Below are positions 48,538-57,646 of a stretch of DNA of 64,000 bases, one piece after another. The translations under genes and the position numbers were made by a program. Origin of the DNA: an uncultured Gammaproteobacteria bacterium (GTDB lineage Bacteria > Patescibacteriota > Microgenomatia > Levybacterales > GWA1-39-11). The stretch lies in assembly GCA_964472415.1 (NCBI GenBank), contig CAYYLC010000002.1, forward strand, positions 96,470 through 160,469, given 5' to 3'. Under the pieces are notes generated by a model, which did not search any database, was not told where the DNA came from, and was given only the letters and a program-made list of their open reading frames with translations. How positions within the stretch are numbered: position 1 is the first letter of the stretch; each line of letters opens with the position of its first letter.

Positions 48538-49287
48538 ATGATTATCCTTTACAAGCCGCGTGGTGTCACTCCCTATCAGGCAATTATGCTTTTGAAAGAA
48601 AAAGAGCCAGGGCTTTTAAGAGAAACAGTTTCATATGCAGGACGACTTGACCCAATGGCAGAAGGATTATTACTCCTTCTTGTGGGAGACGAGAATAAAG
48701 AAAGAAGACAATATGAGAAGCTGGAGAAGGTCTACGAGTTCGAAGCTGTTTTGGGAGTCTCTTCAGATAGTTATGACCTTTTGGGGGTCGCAAAACTTCA
48801 CGAAGCAGCCTCTTATTCAGCGAGACAAGTACAGTCATTTATAGAAAGTCGCAAGGGGAAAATTGTCCAAACGTACCCCCCTTATTCTTCGGTGAAAATT
48901 CAAGGTAGGCCGCTGTATTGGTGGACGAGAAATAAAAAGCGCGTTACCTTACCTAAGAAAGAAGTGGAGATCCTAGAGTTCGAATTTCTGAAAGAACAAG
49001 AAATTAGCAAGGGGCAGCTGGGAAAATTAGTGTCAGACACAATCCCAAATATTGTGGGGGATTTTCGTCAGAAGGAAATTATAGATACCTGGGAAAGCTT
49101 GCTCCACAAGCTCCCTGAAAAGAAATCCTTTTCAGTGCTTTCATTTCGAATGAAATGCTCTGCGGGCGCGTATGTGCGAAGCATGGTACAAGAGTTTGGA
49201 GAATATTTAGGATGTGGTGCGATTACGCTTTCCATAAAACGGACTCAGATTGGAGAGTATGCGCTTATAGATGCAGTGCGCATATGA
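48538..49287 (+). CDS. truB: tRNA pseudouridine-55 synthase (TruB family)
   Basis: YKPRGVTP, AGRLDPMAEGLL, PPYSSVK, CSAGAYVRS. Confidence 0.88.
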   Translation: MIILYKPRGVTPYQAIMLLKEKEPGLLRETVSYAGRLDPMAEGLLLLLVGDENKERRQYEKLEKVYEFEAVLGVSSDSYDLLGVAKLHEAASYSARQVQSFIESRKGKIVQTYPPYSSVKIQGRPLYWWTRNKKRVTLPKKEVEILEFEFLKEQEISKGQLGKLVSDTIPNIVGDFRQKEIIDTWESLLHKLPEKKSFSVLSFRMKCSAGAYVRSMVQEFGEYLGCGAITLSIKRTQIGEYALIDAVRI

Positions 49288-49361
49288 TTTACATGATTCT
49301 TACATCTCTCCCACTGCTTCTTTATAAAATTACCCGATAATATAGGTGATAAAGGTAAAAT

Positions 49362-49682
49362 ATGGGAATTTCTCGAGTTATCTACTTTTTGATAAATTTA
49401 TTATTTGCAATTATTGGCTTCTTATTAGGGCTGCGTATTTTACTGCGGTTTTTCGGGGCAAATTCAGAGACACCATTTGTTGCTTGGGTGTATGAATCAT
49501 CCGACTCCCTTCTTGCGCCGTTTGCTGGTATTTTCCCCATTACGAGAATTGAGGGCGGGTTTGTCATTGACTTCCCTGCAATATTTGCGCTGGTAGTGTA
49601 CGTATTTATCGGGTATTTAATCCTAGAGGCCGTTTCCATTGTTGCTGCACGATCTGAAGAACGATTAGAGAAACGGAAATAA
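49362..49682 (+). CDS. YggT family membrane protein
   Basis: LRILLRFFGAN...LLAPFAGIFP...IDF. Confidence 0.8.
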   Translation: MGISRVIYFLINLLFAIIGFLLGLRILLRFFGANSETPFVAWVYESSDSLLAPFAGIFPITRIEGGFVIDFPAIFALVVYVFIGYLILEAVSIVAARSEERLEKRK

Positions 49683-49838
49683 AAGGACCCTTTCAGAGGA
49701 AAATATGTAGCCTGCGTCACCCCATCTGAGTATTTAAAAATGTAGTTGTTTTTCTATCTGGCATTTTTTATAAAACAAAAGCACTCTAACGCGAGCATGC
49801 AGAAGCAGCAAATCTTTTGGTATCATGGATGTTGTCGT

Positions 49839-50972
49839 ATGAATATAAATTGGAAGACTGGTTTTCAAAAGATAGCGCTTTTTCCCTATGCACTCCTTTT
49901 TGTTGCCTTTTTTACTACTCTTCTTGAGCTATTTCTTTATCGTGGAGCTCTTGTAAACAATATTGGGGTTTCTTTACAAATGGTTTTATGGGCAGTATTT
50001 GCAAGTCTTGTTGTGGGACGGCTATTTTTGAAGATAAGCGTATCAGAGAGATTTTTTATTTGGTACGCTTTTTTGTTTACGCCCCTGGTTGCAATCCTTG
50101 CTGTCGGTGCAAATTTAGCAAATGCTTTTTTCTATCCCAATTTTATCTATAGTACATTCCACATAGACACAAGCGTGCTCATTGATAGTGCATTTTTTAT
50201 GGCTCTGTTTACTGTTCCCCTACTTCAGCTCCGTGTTGTAGGAGCGTATTGGCGACAGGCAATTTTTGTGTCAGGTGTTGTGGTGTTTTTTCTGTATGTC
50301 TTGATGAAGTGGAGGTTTCCAGACGTATTCTATGCTCTTGATCAGGAGGATGGTTTTCTTGAATATGCGCAGAGCATTTTCTTTTTGAGTGCGGCAGTTT
50401 TCTCTGCGCTTTCTTTTTATCATGTGATGCGTCTTCGCATAAAAAAACATCTTCAAGTGGTATGGCTTGTTTTGTTTGGTCTGAGCGCTGTTATGCTTTT
50501 TATAATTGCAGGGGAAGAAGTTTCTTGGGGACAGAGAATATTCAACATAGAAACGCCAGAAAGATTGTCAGAGATAAATCAGCAGAATGAGACGACGCTT
50601 CATAATGTGAGTTTTGTTTTTCGTTACGTATACGATGCATATTTACTAATGGGTGTATGGGGGCTGGTTTCATGGATAGCCTTTTATATTCGTGGAAAAG
50701 TCTTTAATGTTCCGATTTATGATTATGTGCGCCCCGTGCTTTCTCGTTGGTACCTTGCCCCCTTTTTTCTGGTAATAATTGGATACGTGGTATGGCGATA
50801 TGCACTAACGAGCTTCTATGAGATTACTGCAGGATATTTTGGCCAAGGGCTGGTCGATAATTCATTTGATGTATGGGAAGAGGCGGCAGAGACTTTTCCG
50901 GCCATCGCGATTTGTATTATTTTTTTACGCGGATTTCTGTTTGTGAAAAGCTATGCTGCAAAAAAGCACTAA
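49839..50972 (+). CDS. Polytopic membrane protein
   Basis: About 10 TMs; EDG.LEY and GEEVSWGQR...QNETTLHN conserved-looking motifs. Confidence 0.72.
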   Translation: MNINWKTGFQKIALFPYALLFVAFFTTLLELFLYRGALVNNIGVSLQMVLWAVFASLVVGRLFLKISVSERFFIWYAFLFTPLVAILAVGANLANAFFYPNFIYSTFHIDTSVLIDSAFFMALFTVPLLQLRVVGAYWRQAIFVSGVVVFFLYVLMKWRFPDVFYALDQEDGFLEYAQSIFFLSAAVFSALSFYHVMRLRIKKHLQVVWLVLFGLSAVMLFIIAGEEVSWGQRIFNIETPERLSEINQQNETTLHNVSFVFRYVYDAYLLMGVWGLVSWIAFYIRGKVFNVPIYDYVRPVLSRWYLAPFFLVIIGYVVWRYALTSFYEITAGYFGQGLVDNSFDVWEEAAETFPAIAICIIFLRGFLFVKSYAAKKH

Positions 50973-51391
50973 CTACAATCCAGGAGACTAAGCCCTGTCT
51001 CGTTATCGTGCTTGCGGTGTATGTCAGTATCCAGTTTTGTAAGATACACCTCGCATGTCACGCCAATTACTGCATCTTTAACGTGTCCGCCTTTGCACAC
51101 GAGATTTTCGTCAGAAAAAATGCCGTGGGCGTGAATGAACGGAGTGTTTTTTACGAGAGAGATGTTTCCAGAAAGGCTTACTATTTCGTGAGGCGTTGTG
51201 AGAGTGTGGCTTTGATACTCTTTCCTTTCAAGATCATAAAAGCTTAGTGTGGCATGTTCGGTTGCGCCGATTCCGGTAAAAAATCCTGCTGTGATATCCT
51301 CCCCTTCACAAAGTTTGGCGAGTGAATCTATGAGTTCTTCACCCTTCATGAGGCGGATTACAAAAACGTTCTCAGATGAGATGTGCTGCAT
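50969..51391 (-). CDS. PPC domain (DUF296) protein
   Basis: IRLMKGEEL, GIGA, EIVSLSGN, HAHGIFS, GGHV. Confidence 0.88.
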   Translation of the reverse strand: MQHISSENVFVIRLMKGEELIDSLAKLCEGEDITAGFFTGIGATEHATLSFYDLERKEYQSHTLTTPHEIVSLSGNISLVKNTPFIHAHGIFSDENLVCKGGHVKDAVIGVTCEVYLTKLDTDIHRKHDNETGLSLLDCS

Positions 51392-51451
51392 AGATTTATT
51401 ATAGCAAATGAAAAACTTGTGAGTTTTGAAAGAATAAAATAAAATGAGATC

Positions 51452-51922
51452 ATGGAGCCACAGGAAAGTGTTGAGCAGGATGAAGTTGCGGATAGAATGC
51501 AAGAAGAGTTTAAGGTGAGCCTGCCGGGTCAGAACCTCCCTACGCCGATGCGCTTCATTGCATTTTTTACCCTCATTGGCGGATTTAGTATTATTGGGAG
51601 TTTATTTGTAGATATTGTACGTCCCATGGGGGAAGATTTGTCATCTTTTATCCTAAGAATCACAGCAGGTATAATCGCGATCGCAACTGCGTATGGAATT
51701 ATTGAACACAGGCGGTGGTCGATTTGGCTGTATGGGATGTTTGCGTTGCTGGCAATACTCACTAATCCTCTCCTTTCCATAATTCCGCTTGCCGTCGTCG
51801 TATATCTTTGTGTTCAGCGGAAATACTTGAAGCCATCATTTTTGGATGTCGTGCTTGCGCGGATAGTTTGGAATATAAAAAACCGACTTGGATTTAAAAA
51901 TAGTGATGAGATGCTCTCTTAA
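51452..51922 (+). CDS. Hypothetical membrane protein
   Basis: Three to four TMs; TAAAAT box 6 nt before ATG. Confidence 0.7.
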   Translation: MEPQESVEQDEVADRMQEEFKVSLPGQNLPTPMRFIAFFTLIGGFSIIGSLFVDIVRPMGEDLSSFILRITAGIIAIATAYGIIEHRRWSIWLYGMFALLAILTNPLLSIIPLAVVVYLCVQRKYLKPSFLDVVLARIVWNIKNRLGFKNSDEMLS

Positions 51923-52072
51923 GCCTACTTCTAAGAGATTTATTTTTTAGGAGCGTTTAGAAGAAAGGTGCATCAATAAAAAGCAAAACAATCGAAGATT
52001 GGACAGTAGAAATAGCCAAGATAATTTATAACATACACGGTGTGCTTATTTGAAAAAAGTGCGATGGGTGGA

Positions 52073-52570
52073 TTACTCCAGAGCTTTTTCAAGCTTATCT
52101 AGGCTCGTCATCCAGCCTTCTTTCATGCCGGATTTGAGCATTGCGTCCATTTGTTCTTGCGTCTTAGGCCTTGGATAGATGATTGAAAGCTTTGTTCTTT
52201 TACCTCCCAAATCTTCAAATAGCACGGTTACCGTAGTTACTTCTGGAAAATTTTTATCTTGACCCTCTTGAGAAGGTTTAATCATATTTCCTTCGGAATC
52301 TGAAAAATAGTCAGTTACTACGAGTTTTTCGTTTGGGACAATTTCTTTATATTCTCCTGCGGAATACATATTATGGTCCCACTCGCTCCCTTCTGGCCCA
52401 TGCATTGCAAAGATATATCTCCCTCCTTCGCGAAGATCAACTTTTATAGATGGTGCAGTAAACCCTTCTGGTCCCCACCACTTTTTAAGAAGCTCAGGTT
52501 CAGTCCATGCTTTCCACACTGCCTCTCGTGGCGCATTTAGTATTTGTTCAATTACAACTCCTTTGTCCAT
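52073..52570 (-). CDS. SRPBCC (AHSA1-like) domain protein
   Basis: APREAVWKAWTEPELLKKWWGP, DLREGG, GWMTSLDKL; strong SD AAGGAGGTGAT. Confidence 0.9.
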   Translation of the reverse strand: MDKGVVIEQILNAPREAVWKAWTEPELLKKWWGPEGFTAPSIKVDLREGGRYIFAMHGPEGSEWDHNMYSAGEYKEIVPNEKLVVTDYFSDSEGNMIKPSQEGQDKNFPEVTTVTVLFEDLGGKRTKLSIIYPRPKTQEQMDAMLKSGMKEGWMTSLDKLEKALE

Positions 52571-52737
52571 TATTTTGTTATCACCTCCTTTGCTCTACCT
52601 AGTTTATTAAATCGATTATCCAAAGCCTTTTTATTCTCTTTGTCTCCACATGAATCCATGCACTTATAATAAATAATGCGTTTAATTAAGTAAATAGTTA
52701 AATATGGAAGGTATTTGTAGCGTGTTATAATAATTCT

Positions 52738-53346
52738 ATGCTCAGAAAAATCAATCCAAGCGTGCTCCTTGTTGTAGGAATAGCGGGAGTTTTTATTGTT
52801 GGATTGCTTTTATGGAGAAGTCCATTGGGAATGCCCAATATTTTTACTGATACTTCTAGGGCAAGTGTTGTGAAAGAGATTCAGGGTCTAAATCGTCTAG
52901 AGACTGCGTCCTACACAGTTGAGAAAATTGTAGAGGCAGGCCAGGAAGGAAACGTGTTTCAGGATTTACTTTATGGTGATAGATTGCTTTTGATTGCGCA
53001 TGGAAAGGTGACTGCTGGGATAGACTTATCACAAATTACTGAGGAGGATATTTCTGTGAATGGTGATAAGCTTATTGTTCACACGCCTGCGCCGATGATT
53101 TTTAGCAGTAGTCTAGATAACTCCCAGACTAGTGTGTATGACAGGAGTCAGGGGATTTTAAGTAGCGGTAATAAGGATTTGGAATCGGAAGCAAGGCGTG
53201 CTGCAGAAAGATCTATTTGGCAGGCGGCGTGTGATGCAGGAATATTGGATGAGGCGCGCAGGAATGCTCAGGAACGTCTTGCGCAACTATTTCAGTTCGC
53301 AGGATTTATTGAAGTTGTTATTACAGTGCCGGAAGGAAGCTGTTAA
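52738..53346 (+). CDS. DUF4230-like membrane-anchored protein
   Basis: N-terminal TM; RLET, LIAHGKVTAGIDLS, GILDEARRNA. Confidence 0.78.
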   Translation: MLRKINPSVLLVVGIAGVFIVGLLLWRSPLGMPNIFTDTSRASVVKEIQGLNRLETASYTVEKIVEAGQEGNVFQDLLYGDRLLLIAHGKVTAGIDLSQITEEDISVNGDKLIVHTPAPMIFSSSLDNSQTSVYDRSQGILSSGNKDLESEARRAAERSIWQAACDAGILDEARRNAQERLAQLFQFAGFIEVVITVPEGSC

Positions 53347-53492
53347 GAGAGTTTCTTGATATATTTTTCACCCAAGTCCTACGTTGTTATTAAGAAGGTG
53401 GTAATGTAGATTGTCATAGTTAGGATGTAATGCGAAAATATCTCCGCGAGATTAAAATTATCCTGAGAAAAAGTAACTAGGTTGGCAGGGTT

Positions 53493-53936
53493 TTACTGGA
53501 AGACTCTCTGTTCCTTTAAAATTTTAATTATTTTTCCTCGTGTTCCGATTGTTCTGCCGATCATAACTCCAGCAACAAGAGACATGCTAAACCCACCGAT
53601 AGCAGGCCCGTGGATAAAATATCCCACAATTCTCCCTCGAAAAATACTGAATAATATATATAGTGCAAGTATCGCTATTCCAAAGACATCGAGTTGTGAT
53701 GCAACTTGTTTCGCATCATGATTCCATGAAATGCGAAACATGCGAGCAACTATAACTCCCAGCACTGCACCGAGTATTATTGCTACAAAAGCAAGTGGAA
53801 TGGTGACGGCGTGGGTAATTATTTCAAAGATCACAACCCCCAGCATCGCAAATGATATAAGAAAATATATCTTCAGCCTGAAGCGAAGCTTTTTATCTGT
53901 ATGTTTTTCTGCTAATTTCCGCTGTTCTTTTTTCAT
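53493..53936 (-). CDS. Hypothetical membrane protein
   Basis: Four TMs, 147 aa. Confidence 0.72.
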   Translation of the reverse strand: MKKEQRKLAEKHTDKKLRFRLKIYFLISFAMLGVVIFEIITHAVTIPLAFVAIILGAVLGVIVARMFRISWNHDAKQVASQLDVFGIAILALYILFSIFRGRIVGYFIHGPAIGGFSMSLVAGVMIGRTIGTRGKIIKILKEQRVFQ

Positions 53937-54135
53937 TGTTTATCGGTTTGCGTATATGCAATTTGTGATGGTGACAATGATTCCATAACAAATAGCCAGG
54001 AATAAATCCTAGGAGGTTTCCTCAAGTTTGCAACCAGGATGCCACAGGGTGAAGAGAATAAAAATGATTGTGATAAATGCGACGTTGTGAGTGCCTTTCT
54101 GGACATTAAGAAATTATATCAAGACAGAGGTGTTG

Positions 54136-54264
54136 TTATTTCTTCTTGCCACCACGCTTTTTTGCCTTTTCAGCAAGCATCTCTGCTTTAATTGCAAGAC
54201 GTTTTGCAGTTTTTGGAGAGCGGATTTTTTTTCGTTTTCCGACCCCTGTTGGTCTTTTTGCCAT
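54136..54264 (-). CDS. Small, very basic protein (42 aa)
   Basis: Not in ORF track. MAKRPTGVGKRKKIRSPKTAKRLAIKAEMLAEKAKKRGGKKK, with TATAAT 8 nt before the ATG. Confidence 0.7.
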   Translation of the reverse strand: MAKRPTGVGKRKKIRSPKTAKRLAIKAEMLAEKAKKRGGKKK

Positions 54265-54307
54265 GTGGAGGTATTATATACTATTTTCTTATTTTGTGCC
54301 CGGGTTT

Positions 54308-55849
54308 TTAAAATGTAATATTTTTGAGGTCTTTTGGGGTTTTTATCACAAAGTCTGGATTATTTTTCATTAAGCCCTTTTCGGAGTTAAATCCCCACGT
54401 GACGCTTGCAATTTTTATATGAGCCTCGCGTGCAGCGTCTATGTCTCGCACTTCGTCTCCAATGTAGAGTACGTTATTCTTTGGATAGTTATATTTTTTT
54501 AATAATTTTTTAATAATTTTTCCTTTTCCGAATAGACTTCCATCAGAATAAACAAAATCAAAATGATCCATGTTATGGGTAATCAAAAACTCTTTCACGG
54601 TAGTAGGATCATTTGATGTGACGATCCCGAGAGTATACTGCTTAGAGAGCTGCGGAAGGATCGATGCAAGCTCAGGGAACGGCTTAATGTCTGCGATATG
54701 TTTTATAAATTCTTTTTTCCCCTCCATAAAGAGTATCGGTAGCTTGTACTTTGCGATAGGAAGTTTTCCTATAACTTCGCGAGCGCTTAGTCCGCGCATC
54801 TGCTCAATACTTTCTGGAGTAGCTGGTGCAAATTTATGTTTTTTAGAAAGCTTTTTATAAATGGAAACCATCATCTGAAAAGAATCAGCAAGGGTCCCGT
54901 CGAAATCAAATAGTAATACTTTTTTCTCTTTTTGGGGCTTTGTAATAATTTCGGGGCTAGTTAGGATGGTAACTGCCTTTGGGATAATCTCCACAGAAAG
55001 AGAGTTTGTCGGTGGGAAATATTCGCCATCGCACTGGTATGCTCGTTTTTCGTGGAGGAGGGTTATTTTTATTTTTTTTGCGATATATTTGTCATAGTAT
55101 GTGCTTTTATCTGCTTGCTTGAATATAGTGTTTGTGATAACGCTTATCCAGGATGCGAGAGAGCGCGTTTTTATTATGCCTATTGTTAATACTCCGCTTT
55201 GTGGGTCTGCTTCGGGAACTATTTCAACTCCTTTTATTAGTGCTCCAATGTTTGAGACAAGGACTGCCTTTGCCCTCACGGTAAATGGCTTTTTATTATC
55301 AAGTGCTACTTTAAATAGTGAGGATTTATTGTTGAGATTTTTCAATGCAGATAATATGTATGCAAATATGCTCAGCTTGTTTTTATCTTCTCTTGTTGTA
55401 GATTGCATCATGTCTCCCATAAGGCCAATTCCGGCAAGTATACTAAAGTAATGATTGTTTACTTTCCCAATATCTATCTGCTTAGGATTTCCGAGGAGTG
55501 CAGTTTTTAGCGCCTCTTTTAGGCTTAACGGAAGGGAGAGGCTCCTTGCAAGAATGTTTGCAGTACCGAGTGGAACAATGCCAAGTGTAACATTTTTATT
55601 AATAATCATGCTTATTGCCTCCATGGCAGTCCCATCTTCACCACATACAACAATATGTTTTACACCCCTTTTTATTTCCTCTTTGACAAGTGTTTGTGTC
55701 GATTCTTTTTCTGTAGTTTCGCAATAACGCCCTATCCATCCTAGACTTTTTGCGGTTGTTTGCAATTGTTCACGACGTTTATCCGGATTGCCTTGTCCGC
55801 TTGCTGGATTTGCAATAAGACTTGCTGTAAGAAGTTCCTTCATTTCCAT
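54308..55849 (-). CDS. Diacylglycerol-kinase-family (YegS/DgkB-like) domain fused to a HAD phosphatase
   Basis: IANPASG, CGEDGT, PLGTAN, IDIG, DGE; C-terminal FDFDGTLADS, VTSN, YIGDEVRD, VTWGF. Confidence 0.85.
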   Translation of the reverse strand: MEMKELLTASLIANPASGQGNPDKRREQLQTTAKSLGWIGRYCETTEKESTQTLVKEEIKRGVKHIVVCGEDGTAMEAISMIINKNVTLGIVPLGTANILARSLSLPLSLKEALKTALLGNPKQIDIGKVNNHYFSILAGIGLMGDMMQSTTREDKNKLSIFAYILSALKNLNNKSSLFKVALDNKKPFTVRAKAVLVSNIGALIKGVEIVPEADPQSGVLTIGIIKTRSLASWISVITNTIFKQADKSTYYDKYIAKKIKITLLHEKRAYQCDGEYFPPTNSLSVEIIPKAVTILTSPEIITKPQKEKKVLLFDFDGTLADSFQMMVSIYKKLSKKHKFAPATPESIEQMRGLSAREVIGKLPIAKYKLPILFMEGKKEFIKHIADIKPFPELASILPQLSKQYTLGIVTSNDPTTVKEFLITHNMDHFDFVYSDGSLFGKGKIIKKLLKKYNYPKNNVLYIGDEVRDIDAAREAHIKIASVTWGFNSEKGLMKNNPDFVIKTPKDLKNITF

Positions 55850-55883
55850 GGATTTAGTATAGCAGGCGGAAGATATGCGCGGG

Positions 55884-56279
55884 TTATTGAGACGAGAATT
55901 GTTGCTTTTTGCCCTTTGCCTTATTTTCGTTTAATGTTATTTGTGCCCTGACAAGCCTTTTTATTATCAAAGCGGGGATGGCCTGGTCATATCTAATTTG
56001 AAAGGTGACGCTTCCGGTCTTATAGCCCTTTTTTTCAAGTTCTTTCCGATCTTTATCAGGTAGCCCATCCCAGACCTCAAAGCCAATATGATTCTTGTAC
56101 GCATCAAATCCTGCAATCCAACCATGGTATTTGTAGTACGGTTTGCCATAGCCCACCCTTTCTTCAGCTTGCGGTATGGCAGACTCCACTACGGTTCTTA
56201 TTTCTTTCAGGTGGGAACGAGCCCTTTTCGGTGCGGCTGAGATGTACTCGTCAACATTTTTAGCTGAGTAGTTTGTCAT
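55884..56279 (-). CDS. DUF1801 (YdhG-like) protein
   Basis: VDEYI...P.AEE..GYG.P.Y...F.AYKNHIG. Confidence 0.82.
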   Translation of the reverse strand: MTNYSAKNVDEYISAAPKRARSHLKEIRTVVESAIPQAEERVGYGKPYYKYHGWIAGFDAYKNHIGFEVWDGLPDKDRKELEKKGYKTGSVTFQIRYDQAIPALIIKRLVRAQITLNENKAKGKKQQFSSQ

Positions 56280-56408
56280 GGTCTTATTTTAACAAACTAT
56301 CGCAAGTATTCTCGCGTAGTGATGCATTGGGTGCGTAGATATCTAGTTTGCCCTGAGGGCTGCATCATATTAGAACTTATAAACAAATACCTCTCTATAA
56401 TACTAGCT

Positions 56409-56909
56409 TTATTCCCCGGCTTTTCGGATTGCTTCAAGATCAAGCTTTTTCATTGGCATAAAGGCAGCGGTTACTGCTTCGGTTTTTTCAGGATCGCGCA
56501 TATACTCATCCAAAATTCTTGGTACTACTTGCCACGTGACGCCAAATTTATCTGTGCACCATCCGCACTGCTCCGCTTCAGGAACTGCAGAGAGCTTCTC
56601 CCAGAAGTAGTCAATTTCTTCTTGTGTTTCACATTCAATAATGTAGGATGTTGCGCCATTAAGCTTGAATTGATCAACAGGGCCTCCGTTAAGAGCCATG
56701 AAGCTTATTCCATCGAGTTCGTATTCAGCTGTCAGAATGGACCCCTCAGGTCTGCCAGAAATTTCCTCAGATGCCTTAGGTGATTTTGTTATGTCGCCTA
56801 TTTTTGCGGTGTGATCACCCGGTGCGGAATTGAAAGTATCTATGTAGTAATTTGCTGCTTCTTCACCATCATTGTTTTCAAACCAGATGCAGGTAATTAG
56901 TCTGTTCAT
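56409..56909 (-). CDS. VOC-fold PhnB/3-dmu-9 family protein
   Basis: CIWF, ALNGGP, QEEIDYFWEKL, QCGWCTDKFGVTWQV, PMKKLD. Confidence 0.9.
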   Translation of the reverse strand: MNRLITCIWFENNDGEEAANYYIDTFNSAPGDHTAKIGDITKSPKASEEISGRPEGSILTAEYELDGISFMALNGGPVDQFKLNGATSYIIECETQEEIDYFWEKLSAVPEAEQCGWCTDKFGVTWQVVPRILDEYMRDPEKTEAVTAAFMPMKKLDLEAIRKAGE

Positions 56910-57080
56910 GTTTTGTTTATTCTAGCACGCCGCAAGATTCTTTTTTGTATTAGTTTTGCAAGAATATTGATAATGGATATTTGCCGTATTTGGTTTGAGT
57001 CCGATTTGCCAGAAGTTCTGTAGCCTGTTCCAGGCTTGTATTGCTTGAGGATCGTGATAGCATAGCCAGCAACGGCTATA

Positions 57081-57440
57081 TTATGAGTTCATTTTGCGAT
57101 GCTCTCTAACTCTAGTCCTGATAACTTTCACAATAATTGACATCGGTAAAAGTTCGCCTAGTGGGAACTGGAGTGTTCCCTTTCCCGATTTATATTTACC
57201 AATTTGTTTTACCGCATCTTCTACTGCTTGAGTAACAGGATAGAGACTAACATGACTTTTATACCCAGCAAAATATACTAAGTATTTTCCATTTAATGTT
57301 GTAGTTGGTATTCCATAGCTAATTTTCTCTTCAACCTCCGGTGCCTCATCTTTAATAGCGTGTCTAATTTCTTTTAGTTTATCCTGAACTTCCTTAGGAA
57401 AACTAGCAATGTATTCATCTACGCTTTTATAAGACTTCAT
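57081..57440 (-). CDS. DUF1801 (YdhG-like) protein
   Basis: VDEYIASFP, EKISYGIPT, FAGYKSHVSLYP, KGTLQFP. Confidence 0.88.
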   Translation of the reverse strand: MKSYKSVDEYIASFPKEVQDKLKEIRHAIKDEAPEVEEKISYGIPTTTLNGKYLVYFAGYKSHVSLYPVTQAVEDAVKQIGKYKSGKGTLQFPLGELLPMSIIVKVIRTRVREHRKMNS

Positions 57441-57646
57441 AGTAATAAGTTGAGTATACCAAGTCGAAATATAGAATGACCAATATTGAAGATTAAGGGA
57501 TATGAGTTGCTATATTAGGTATTGCTCGACTTTGATAAAATCAATTCTACCTTATTTTGCTCCCCCTGATTGATATGTTCAGGAACAGAGAAATAGAGTT
57601 TGGCTTTACTCTGCAAAGCATACAAACGGTCTTTGAAGAACTAAAA

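Noticed and set aside
53933-54106. ~57-codon minus-strand ORF overlapping the 53936 start
   Set aside because: Plausible spacing but no motif or clear initiation signal; not enough to call.
54091-54373. Two 75-aa + strand ORFs
   Set aside because: Antisense shadows of the 42-aa basic protein.
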